Made by a program: the position numbers and the translations under genes. From Ophelia neglecta (Eukaryota): a stretch of DNA of 64,000 nt. The notes below the pieces were generated by a model that did not search any database, was not told the DNA's origin, and worked only from the letters and a program-made list of their open reading frames with translations. The DNA is taken from NCBI GenBank assembly GCA_965285935.1, contig OZ260664.1:56792001-56856000 (forward strand), in the 5' to 3' direction. This document shows, one piece after another, positions 1 through 23,529 of the stretch. The number at the start of each line of letters is the position of its first letter. The first letter of the stretch is position 1.

Positions 1-403
1 TGAGTCAAACCTCCAAAACATGCACGCCATGCGCCACAAGTCTTCTGAATATGTGCAATTATTTATAGGCACTGCTTCTGATTGTTTAATATGTGCCAAA
101 CAGTGTTTTTATTTGAAAATAATGTAATGATTCTAAGTAAAAAGACAGGAGTGGGTACCCGGCAGGCAAAGCCAAATCAGTCATTAAGAATAGTCCATTT
201 AATCAGTCTGAATTGACCAGGAACCACTAATCACAGGCCCAAAGACATCAATACCCTTCAATCCCCCGCCCCCAAGCCTATTAAGTGCGTATATATAAGA
301 AATTGACACTTTTAGAACTGTGTATGCTACTACAGAGGGTCTGTCACCGAAGTTAGCCCTATTGGGCGAGTAAGTAAGACATAGGCCTATACCTACATCA
401 AAT

Positions 404-809
404 ATGGAATGGGAGAAACTGAGTAATGAGTGGAGCGGTCTCGCCAAGATCGTAGGGGGGAAAACTTATGTCCAAGAAGAAAAGCTGAAGCACCTTAAAA
501 AAAGGAGAACGGAATGTCTTGCGTTTCCCACCATGAAGCTTTTCTGTAATACCTTCATGGAGTACAGATACAGTGAGTGGCGGGAACCTGCGTCCACCTT
601 GCAAGCGGTGGGAGGTGTGCAGGCCCTCCTCCAGCTGGAGACAGGTACCTCGAACCTATAGAGGGGAATATGTTGACGGGGAGTGTAAGGCGTGTCCCGT
701 GTGTTATGACGGTCTTGTCACTTTTAGCCATTTCATACTTCAGTATCCATCTCTCGTCGAAGACCGCTCCGTCTTGCATCAATTAGCAACCAAATATATG
801 GTGACTTAA
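404..809 (+). mobile_element. Decayed 3' end of a non-LTR retrotransposon (LINE) ORF2, with one frameshift
   Basis: ORF 404..661 (KLFCNTFMEY...ALLQLETGTSNL) joined to ORF 573..809 (YRGEY...CKACPVCYDGLVTFSHFILQYPSL..DR) resembles the LINE ORF2 C-terminal pattern LxxLRxG...CxxC...HFxxxCP. Recognised by eye only. Confidence 0.55.
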
Positions 810-1084
810 ACTTAAATTCTATTAGATAGCATTCATTAATGATGTGTCTGTATTGTGGATAATTATTCCGCGAAAATTGTTTATTGTTTCACGCGACTCC
901 GGTGGCGCACGAGAACGTTTTGCTGGGTAGGTGTATATGCTCATCGGGTTAAGATCAGTATTTGCAAGAAAAAACAACATCTTGATCATGCCTATGTCTT
1001 TGAAGCAGGCCTATACTTTTATTGCCCGATTAAAAGAAAATGTATTTAATATTTTTCAATTTAATCTCGTGATTAATTTGCCCA

Positions 1085-1723
1085 TTAATTGTACCATTTT
1101 TCGCACCGTCCTAATGAACCCTGTTTGCACACCTCCCTAGATTCTTGAAAAGCACGGATTCTATTGGGATTGTTCATTAGAATCGTCCTCTCAGGATATA
1201 GCAGGACGGGCGGAGCAATATTCCTGGCTTTACTGGATCTCGTGTGGGCCGATGTCAATCTTGTGCTCACCTCAGACGGATTGCCGATAGAAGGTTTCCC
1301 TCCTTTAAATCTAGTTTCGATTCCATCTATTACCGGATATGCTTTCAACCCATATCCAATTGGAGTGAGATGGGAAGCGGGCCTACACTCCATTCCACCA
1401 CTACTACTCTTGGTGTGTGTCGATGTCAGGCGTTTAGATATATCCGCTATTGTCTCGTCTGTGGGGATTTGCCGGCAGCATATCTTGTCGTCAGCCCTGT
1501 ACGGTGGAAACCGACAAGGTCTGGCCGAAAGACTCTTTGTGCTGGTAGTGTACAGTCGGTCAATAATTTCGTCGAGCTCGTCCTCAGTAACCTTTCTAGT
1601 TTCTGGTCGAAATGGTGGTCTCTTTCTGGAATTTCTTGTTTCTGGTCGGTTGACATTGGTTTCATCCCGAGGGGAGGTGTCAAGGGAAATCTGTTGGCGT
1701 CCTTCGCCGCCACCTTTTTCCAT
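1085..1723 (-). CDS. Intronless uncharacterised 212-aa basic protein with three internal repeats (IDRLYTTSTKS / ISKRLTSTHTKSS / VSTRLTSAHTRSS)
   Basis: ATG at 1723 and an open 212 codons with natural soluble-protein composition. A repeated motif is conserved at protein level. A minus-strand AATAAA lies at 1018-1023, about 60 nt after the stop. Confidence 0.65.
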   Translation of the reverse strand: MEKGGGEGRQQISLDTSPRDETNVNRPETRNSRKRPPFRPETRKVTEDELDEIIDRLYTTSTKSLSARPCRFPPYRADDKICCRQIPTDETIADISKRLTSTHTKSSSGGMECRPASHLTPIGYGLKAYPVIDGIETRFKGGKPSIGNPSEVSTRLTSAHTRSSKARNIAPPVLLYPERTILMNNPNRIRAFQESREVCKQGSLGRCEKWYN

Positions 1724-3679
1724 TACAACAGGGGGGATTTCTTCTTTACTTTAGATTCTTTCCGTTTTGATATTGATTTCTTGTCCAGATGCCTAGCTGT
1801 CCTTGTTCAAGATATTAACGAATCGCTCCGTCAGAACCCTTCATTAATGTACAGAATCCCTAGTATCCGTGCACATAGAGAAAACGGACAAGTCGAAACA
1901 CAATATTTTTTACTATTTCGAATGGATCTGCTTTTCAGTGATTTGGATTTCTAGTGCGTTGATCAAGTTAGAGATGGCACTTTGGTTGCTATTATAAATA
2001 GCTACGACTGGATATAACTTGATCCATAAACTGTATACATAAGCGATCATAATCATATCACTATGCACAGCTTTAATTGCTCTCCTCTTGGCGTTCATGT
2101 ATAGCGAGGCGGCCAGCCGTAAGCAAACTTTAAACGCCTCGATAGACCTTTTGGTGGAAATAATCTAGTACCTATAGGCCGAGTCTATACAGTAAATAAC
2201 CAAAATATGTAAATGGCATTTTATTAATTTACGGGAGCAGGGTTTATTTTCTGGCAAAAATAAGCAACAACTCAAAAACTTTCAAAATTAAGACGCTTTT
2301 TTATAAATAAGAAAGAAAACCAAGTAAAGAGTCAACGAGTAATTGCTGTTTAACATTTTCTACGTATCACCTGTGTACAAGGTCTAACAGACTAAACCGG
2401 TATGTTAAATAGTCTTTGAAGCGCAAGAACACTGTTTGGTCCAACTCTTCCAACATCAGTGATCCTATACCATGCATGCACTGCATATGGCAGCTCACGC
2501 CCTCGTTTCCCACATCCAGAAACAAAATTAACCTGCGAGTGTTAAAAGCTTAAATGTGATAACAATAATTAATTATGCCAGGCAAAATGCATTCTCTGAA
2601 ATATCCAGTATTCATAGGCAAACATAGCTATATGTAAATTACCAATTCTAGCAAACTTCAAAAGATACGCTTTCAGTCTTTCTTTATCCTCCTCTCTCAA
2701 AACGGAACCCTGCGGCACCTTTTCACTCTCTATGCTCGGACTTGTGGAGTATAGATGGGGTCATTCCGTGTGATTTTCGACTCCTGAACGGAGGCTCAGG
2801 TGAATTTGCCTTGGAACCCCTTAGTGACTTTGAGTATGACCACCCTGCCATATTCCTTGCCGGGCATTTGCCTTATTAGTTTTATGTCTGCTCTCATGTC
2901 TGCTGGGGATAAAATCTTTTATTACGTTTAGTTACACCGTTCTTTGAGGTCTGAAAACATAAAGCCTATGCCTATTTTTAGACGTTCATTTTCAATGGGT
3001 AAAGACAACTTAATCTTCCGTCTTAAAATTGGTCTTGCAGTGAAAAAATCGGAGTGGATATCCGGCAGATTACTACTTGCAAAGCTTTGAAAATAATGGT
3101 CGCGATAGTTTTTTACAAGTGTATGTTATAACGTCCAATGAAAGAGAAACGACCGGAAAAATAATCATACAGAGCTTTAATAACGGTATATTAAAAATAA
3201 TATCCGGCAGCTTTAGTGTCTATATTATGCCTATATAGTAATCCTATATGTACTATTTGTGATGCCATCTGTAGGACCATATAGGGGCATGTGCTAAACG
3301 AATAGCTTGTTTTGTGTATAGTTTTGGTGATTGAACTACATGACCGTATTAGGTAATTTAAACCTGGGTTGAAATATACCATATGTCGTTTTCACAACCT
3401 ACAAACTTAGAGTCAAAAACAAGCATTTCGACAAGTATTGCATCATTGAGCTTGACAATTCAATTTGTTAGTCATCTCGACATTGGTAGTGGTCGTTGAA
3501 GTGCAAACGTTTTAAACCCTCACCAAACAATCGTAGACTCTCCCAGAGAGGTCCAAAGTACCCCCTTGTAAATAGAATTCGTGTAATATAGCCTAACAGT
3601 CGCTGAGAAAGGAAACGAGAACACGTAATAAGACAGAGAAAAAAATCCAGATTCCAAATTTATCAAGACATGAGCGAAA

Positions 3680-16143
<12,464 letters not shown>

Positions 16144-17358
16144 TCATGGTTTGGCCTGTTGACCTTAAGGAATGTTATTCAAGATCCAAACTGAAGAAAA
16201 AAAGTTCTAAATAAATGTTACTTTAGTTGATGAGTGATACAAGTAGATGCAGCTTGAAATGAAAAAAGCACAGAAAGGCGCAATCAGAATATCAGAAAAT
16301 TCCCTCATTTTGAAATATAGCAATGTTTGTGTGTAGACAACCCTATAAGTAGGCACTTTTAATTAATATTCAGGTCAGTATCAGCATAATGACACCATAC
16401 ATATAGTAATATATGCAGAATTTCTAGTCCTACAATGCCATCACCAGAATTACTAGTAGTTCTTGCCTTGTTTAGATTTGAAATGACAAAACACACAATC
16501 TTACTTTAAAGAAAAAAGGGTCAAATCCCCTCAGTTCTAACCCTTGCTGTCATCCAAATGTTCTACTTCATTTTAGCTAGACTCTTGACTGTGGTTGATT
16601 GGTTTTTGGCAAATAAAACGACATTTTCTGTTGTTTTTTCTCTTTGTAACTTCTTTTAATTGTTATCTTATATTGTTAGGACAAGATACTAAATTTACTT
16701 TCTAACTAGTTAAATGAAAAGTTATTTAATTAGCAATTCTCCTTGTGAAAAAAATCAATGCCAGCAGTCATATTTATGTCTTCTCTAAAGAGAAATTTAT
16801 TTACAAGTACAATGCAAAACAGTAGTTCATATCTTTCTTCATAAAATCACATCTTTTTTGACACAACTATCTTATCTCTATGTCTTCATAGTATTATTAA
16901 GTTAAATAAAATTATATAACTGTAAAATCAATCAGTAATAAATTTGAGTTCCAATTAGGCTATATCACAGATTTGTTCTATTCTCTGAAGAACCATTTAG
17001 GCATTGGTCAGACTTACATTCAAACGACAAGTCCAAACGCGATTTATTGTAGTTGATCACATTACTGTCTGTGGTAGTCCAAAAAGCCATAATTTTAGCA
17101 ACAAATACATATGTCAAAATTACATCATTCAAACATGTGTCACAATCAAGTTTTCATAAGCTTGGTAATACTGTTGGTAAATTAAACATGCCCAAATGTA
17201 ATATACTAAACTGTAGGTCAAAATTAGTATTTAGTAGATATATATTATTTGCATGTTGTGTACAAAAGGAACTATATGAATATGACATTATCATAGGTTC
17301 TTTAAAGTATTCATAAAGTTATTGTACTACTTCACTGACACATTGTTTATTGATCCTT

Positions 17359-20300
17359 TTAGTCTTTTTTCTCTTCTTCTGTCTTGCCATCATCTGAATA
17401 ACAAATCAATCAAAGTTTCCATATTTGAATGATGAGTCTAAGAACATAAACAAGACTTATGTTCATTTCAAAATTTATATTTGAAAAAATTTCATGTCAT
17501 GAAGGTTTTGAAGAAGATTGAGGCTGCAGGGAATGTATGTTGCATGTTACTTTTAAGATTATTAAGAAGCGCCACTAGATGATACTTATGTTGCATTAAC
17601 ATCTTTGCAGCACCCTTTTATTGCACATCTGTTGCCCAAAAATTGTGCATGGATAACAGTTGTTGTAATTATTTACCCACCAGATTTTGGTACTTCCTTC
17701 TCAAACTCATCACCCCTGTTGTCTTTCCACTCCATGAGCCTTTCCATGCAGGGTCGTGACCCTAACTCCACATGGTTGGCATAGTTCTGTAACATCTTGT
17801 GAGCAGCGGCCACACCAAAGAGGACACGTGAAGAACTGATGGTTTCAGTGTCATTCATGGCTCTGGCAATGTTGTATGATTTATTGAAATAATCCACAGC
17901 TTGATCATACCTTCCCTAGAACAAAGAACACACTTACTTAGATATTGTCATTCTTCTTCAAATTACAAGACATATAACAATGTTAATCCTAACTAAAGCC
18001 CAATGGAAGTAGAATAGCCCACCATACTGACTACCAAATCATTGAAACACATTATGAACATCTTGGATTACTGTGAAAATGACCATGATAGGCAAACTAC
18101 AGCTTAAATATGACTGTACCTTCCAATTCCCAAAGTATCATGTCCTAAATGCATTTAATACATTTAAAAATCTCAAAGCTGATTCAATTAAAAATTTCCT
18201 GTACTCATACTAATTTGGCCTAAGGCACATGTCATACAACTTGGTTACAAATTTATCAAATACTAATTGAGATCCAGGGATCACAGAACTTGTTTACCAC
18301 CTATTTACCATGGCAATATTTCTACAGGACCATTTGATCACAATTTCATTTCCTATATAAGGCACAAATACATTTTAAATGTCTCACTTGTCAAACTGAG
18401 AAATTAAGCACTGCTTTACTAATATACAACAATAATGAATTTATAAATGTGGCTGCTATGGCTGTAAGATATTATTTGATTTCCACCAATTCTGAATAAG
18501 CACAAACTTATGGCCTATGTCCAAATTGGTGTACTGGTAATGCTTTCTGAGTTAATGGTGCTTAAATCATTAGTTCACCATCCACTTACCATGGCAACAG
18601 TATTGAAATTGTCATAAGAAAATTACACCAACAAAATTCCGAAGGAACATATTTAAATCACACATATAAAACACCCCTTTGACTGTAGTAATGGTTTAAG
18701 GCTATACACATTACAAGGAATGCTGACCCCAGCTCAGGACATTTAATTGGGTTACAAAAACAAACCCCACTTTTTAATCCAAATGGTCAGTCTCACATTT
18801 AACAAAGAGCATATTATCAATTAGATACTGAGATATTGAATATTATGGTAGAGTCCAGAGCCTTACCAGAGAATTAAACATTGCTCCCAAGTCACTGCAG
18901 GCTCTGCTGATAGCCTTATCATTTTTACTTTTCTCAGCCACTTCCACAAACATCTCCAGGTACTTTATACTCTCCTCCACCTTTCCCTGGCTCTCGTATG
19001 ATTTCGCTATGGCTTCACAAGCTTTTCCGATGCCATCACTGTCATCAAGTGCTCTGCAGGCCTCAAGGAATCCATTCAAATACTGAAAAGTAAAATTTCC
19101 ATTTCTATGATCATTATGGAATTGTTTCCTACCAGAAGGGCAGATAACCTGTGAAGTTTTAAACTAGCAGCTTTGACACTTTTGAAGTTTACATTTGCCG
19201 AATATACAGCTTACACTGGTGTTGTGTCAGTGCCTCTCAAAGTGGTAAACTTTCACAAACTTAAAAATTGCTAGTCAAAAAGAGATCAACATGGTTACAG
19301 TATTTGATCTCACAGAAGACTTAACTTATTTCGATTTTTAGGATTTATTAGAATACAGCTTTAATACTAACCAACAGAGCAGTATCTGGATCCCCATTCT
19401 TCTCATAAGCCACTCCCAGTCTGTAAGAAGTATCACCCTCCAGCTTTCTGTCCCCACTGGTTTTAGCCATGTCGTAAGCTCTCCTCAGAAATGATAGGTA
19501 ATTCTCTAAATCTCCGTCTGCCTCAAACTGTCTGGCAATGGTGGTGTAGATTCTAGCCAGATGTGTGCATGCTGATGAGTGCATCGTCAGGCCCTCTTCT
19601 AGTGACCAATCTTGCTTGTCTTTGCATAACTCAAAGAATCTCTCAAAATTTTCAGCAGCATCGAAGAAATCTCCTGTGACAAGAATGATAGATGATTGCT
19701 TGATTTAAGCTCTATATTTTGACATGGTCTCATCATTGGGAGACACTCCCATCTTCTTTATTTAGGCATACTGGAACTCATAAGGGGTAGATAAGGTATG
19801 TGGCTATGATACTGTAATGATACTGTAATACGAGGAGTGTGGCTCCTGCATGATGTAATGTACCAGGGATAGATCTGAATATCAATCATTAGCCTTTCAA
19901 TACTTATAAATGCTCTTCATTAAAACTGCAGGCTGTGCCTCATTTAAACCCTATTTTCTAGAACCCATAAACAGCCTGACCATCCGATTATACCCAAATC
20001 TACTCTGATGCTAGATTAACAATATGTCAATCATGGTTTTTACTCACCACTTTCCTCTTGAGCCAGGCCCACATTGCAATGACCCTCGGCTTGCAATCGT
20101 CCCTCGTCGCCTTTTACACAGGCACTGGTAAAAAGGCAATTACTGAAGAAATGGTCAGCTAGCCATTTATCTCCCTTAGCTTGGAAGTACCTTGCTAACT
20201 GGAACTGACATTGGTACATTTCACTAAAATTCTCTGAAACATAAGGACAGTAAGTGTGAACAATTTAAGTATTTAGACCAAACTTTAAGTACTATTCATT

Positions 20301-21158
20301 ATAATTTATATACTGGTATCAATATTTATGACACAATCATTTGTGTGCTGCTTCATGCTTTACTGGTTAAGTGTTACATTATGAACTAGTTGTATTTTTT
20401 ATGTTATACCTTTCCTGTATGCCTGTTCAGCTTGTGTGAGGTATCCTTTCAATGTGTCTAATTTTTCAGGTTCACTTTCCAATAATGTTTGGTTCCATAG
20501 TGCTGATTCAGGTCCTGCATTCCGCCTTTCATCGTTCTGCTGTCTTATCAGTGCAAACAATTCAGCAAATGATTTATGGTATCCATCTTGTAACATGTCT
20601 AGGCATAAGTTGTGTTTGTAAGTGTTCCTATATCTGAAAAGTAAGAATATCATTCATCTTATTAAATGTAGCAACAAATTTGCACCATCAGCACATGTTT
20701 CGAACCAGTAACAACTGGAATGAGTGGAAATGGAAAGCCAAAATTAGGCTTGGTGCATGTACTTCATGTTATTACTGGTACCTATCAAGTGCAGGTATTT
20801 TCAAATTAATAAACTCTTAGCCCCAAGCACTCAATATTTATTAAATTTTACCTTTTTTTATATTACAGAATATAAGGACTGCATAATATGTCATGCAAAA
20901 ATGTTGTCTAGAAAAAAATACCTACTGTGATGTTTCAGATTTCATCAAATCTGGCATTTGTGCTCTCAGAGTGGCTTTTCTCTGTTCCAAGTCTCTTTCT
21001 TTCTTTCCGTGCGTTCTCTTCTTTGCTCCCAGCACATAGACTCTGGCAGAGCTGGCTGCTCCCTGGGAGGGTGGGGAGGGGGCCTTGTGCTGTTTCATCA
21101 TGGGAGACTGCTGGGAGTGCCTATCTCCTTGATGAATAGCAGGCAGGGTGGCTGCCAT
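17359..21158 (-). CDS. TTC29: Tetratricopeptide repeat protein 29 (motile cilium/flagellum), about 476 aa, 7 coding exons
   Basis: Exons (minus): 21158-20926, 20633-20410, 20233-20048, 19673-19372, 19082-18867, 17915-17681, 17393-17359 (1431 nt, in frame, all GT-AG). Diagnostic segments YRNTYKHNLCLDMLQDGYHKSFAELF and DKWLADHFF, plus TPR helices. Confidence 0.9.
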
Positions 21159-21809
21159 GATTAGGTCTGAAAAACAAAAATGTCTATGTTATTTATAAAA
21201 AGTTGGTGCAATATGTAGAAACTGGAAAATTCCTCAGCACAGGTTTTTTTGACATAGGTTCACACTAGGTACATTTATTTAAAAATTTGGCCATTATCTT
21301 GCAATAAAGGTTTACAATAATCAGCTTAGTACAGCAATTCATATTCAGTCAAGTCTGCCAATATCAACATTGACCATCGGGCTATTATCGGTACCTAGAT
21401 TATTAAGTTTTTGTAAGATTTGGGATAAGGAAAGTGATAGGTTCAAATATTTTAAACCCTTTTAAAGAGAATGCATTAGGCCAAGATCATCAACACTGCT
21501 AGAAAAAGTTGTGAGTGGAGATCGCCTGTTGTTAAAATTATGCTGGGTTTGCAGCTCCTCAGCCTGCGCTGGGCTTGACCTAAATTTGTTGTAAAGGTCT
21601 TGCACATTCTGTGTCATATGGCTTCGCCCTAGTATCATTGATTATACATGACATAGTAGTCGTATGGAGTCGGCAACCAACTCTTCTTCCTAGCATTTTT
21701 CATTGGGGTTTTCCTATATCAAGTCCTTTGAAAATGATAATATACTTATTGAAGAGTATAAATGACGCCACAGATTACACAAGGTTGTTTTATTTAATGA
21801 CAAAGAAAG

Positions 21810-21876
21810 TCATACGCGGTGGGAGTCAAAGCCACTGCCTCTAATTTCAAGAGCAAGTTGCAAGCACTCGGCCATG
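21810..21876 (-). mobile_element. tRNA-derived SINE head (degenerate)
   Basis: The minus strand reads CATGGCCGAGTGCTT...GGCTTTGACTCCCACC, giving Pol III A-box- and B-box-like motifs at tRNA-like spacing. No intact cloverleaf is visible. Confidence 0.4.
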
Positions 21877-22339
21877 GTGTTCAGGTGTTTGGATATTGTT
21901 TCCTAGAATTGTGAACCACTGACATGCAGTTGTTTTCCTTGCATTATTATTTGGAAACATCATATAGGCAGATTAATTGTGTTTTATATACATACATGCA
22001 TACACAAGTTGGAACTATAAAACAGACCTAATTAATTGTTCCAGACAAAATGAAATCTCCATCTAGGTTCTATCTAGATGACAATCTGTAGGTTCATAGT
22101 GTTTTGTATACTAGTAAGACATAATAATGTAACATGGTAATGCATGACATTTAACAGGTGGCGTATAATATTGAAAAAAGGTGCAATTGCGTTACTTTAA
22201 GGTCGATGAATTTCGCCCTTAGCTCAATTCATGTGAAAAAGTACTTACTGATTTTTTGTTTGAGATGGTTTATGCCTAATATACGGAGGAATATATGACT
22301 TAATATATCAAATCCACATCATACTGCATTGATGTTGTT

Positions 22340-22380
22340 ATCAACCAATATGGCGGTTCTCAAACTTCCTTGGCAACAGC
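22340..22380. promoter_or_regulatory. Putative core of the divergent TTC29/SUPT7L promoter: YY1-like motif and RFX X-box-like motif
   Basis: AATATGGCGG at 22347-22356 and GTTGCCAAGGAAG on the minus strand at 22365-22377. The locally CpG-retaining region lies between two divergent genes. A candidate TTC29 5'UTR donor (GTAAGT) is at 22248 on the minus strand. Confidence 0.45.
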
Positions 22381-23529
22381 AGAAAAAAATTACCTTGCCA
22401 ATCAGTTGAACATGGAAGTTAAATCAAAGACACCTATGCCATCAGCTATGAGATACATTATTTTCTATTTTATATGAAATGGATTTTGTTTTTTTGAACC
22501 AAAAAAATAACAACAGGTCCGCAGAAACGACTACAGGAAACCTATCAAGTGTTCTTGAAAGCAACATTTCAGTGTAAATTAGTTTTATTTGCCCTACCTT
22601 CACGTGCCCCTCTTGTGATTTTTACTCAGTAACGTATACAGAACTTCTTAATTAATAAAAGGTTAAAAGTGTAAGTTACGATTATAACGAATCAGTTTTT
22701 GAATGCGAGTTTACTTGAGGAATTGCTGAGCGATATAAGGCAATTTGTTGGTAGTGAATAGATATCATAGGAGGTATAATTATTTAACAAGGGGGGGGGG
22801 ATGCTCCCTCAGGGCGATACGCGGGGTCATTAAATTCAAACCCCTCTTGGAGGTGTGGAGGGGGTTCATGAAGATGAAGTAGCCTTAACCCGTGGAAGAC
22901 CTAAAGCAGGAGGGACCTAGCTATAGGCCGGCCTATACCTCTTAGCTGAGAGTAGGAACCATTACCTTGGGGGGGGGGGGGGGGGGAGGGTAGATTGCAC
23001 TCTTTATATTTTTATAATAGTCATGTGTGTACATCAACTTCAAAATCTTTCCCTTAATACTGACTTGGATGTGGGGAAAACCCAGGAAATATATTCCCTG
23101 AACACTGACTTATGTATTTGAAAATATGACCCTCATGGCAGACTATCTTGAAAATGGAACCCTCAACACTGGATGTGTGCGGAGATGTTTCATTGCTAGA
23201 TGTTGCCACTTTTATGGAAAAGAAGTATCCCATAGCCCATAGGGAAAACAGTGTTTCAGTTAGACCAAGATTTCACACTATTTCCATCCGGATTGGGAAA
23301 AAAAACATGGCAGCTTCATGGTCAGCAAATCTGTAAATGAAAATGGGACTATAAGCACAGACCTTGAGCAAGACTGCATGCTTGTTTAAACCTAATTTTA
23401 ATGATTGTTGGAATTCAAATAATCTTTATCCCAAATTTACAGATGGATATTTTGCTCAGTAAACTGAATAAAGACACTTTAATGCAGATTCTTCATCACT
23501 GTTAGTAATCTTGACTATTTTAAAGGGAA

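Noticed and set aside
1164-1954. Plus-strand ORFs of 196 and 236 aa
   Set aside because: They are antisense shadows of the 1085-1723 gene, with non-ATG starts and no coherent motifs.
22969-22991. Long G/C homopolymers here and at about 15885, 25928, 38404, 43425 and 52977 as functional G-quadruplexes
   Set aside because: They are common, in places associated with MITE ends, and their length is unreliable in assemblies. Nothing in the sequence supports function.
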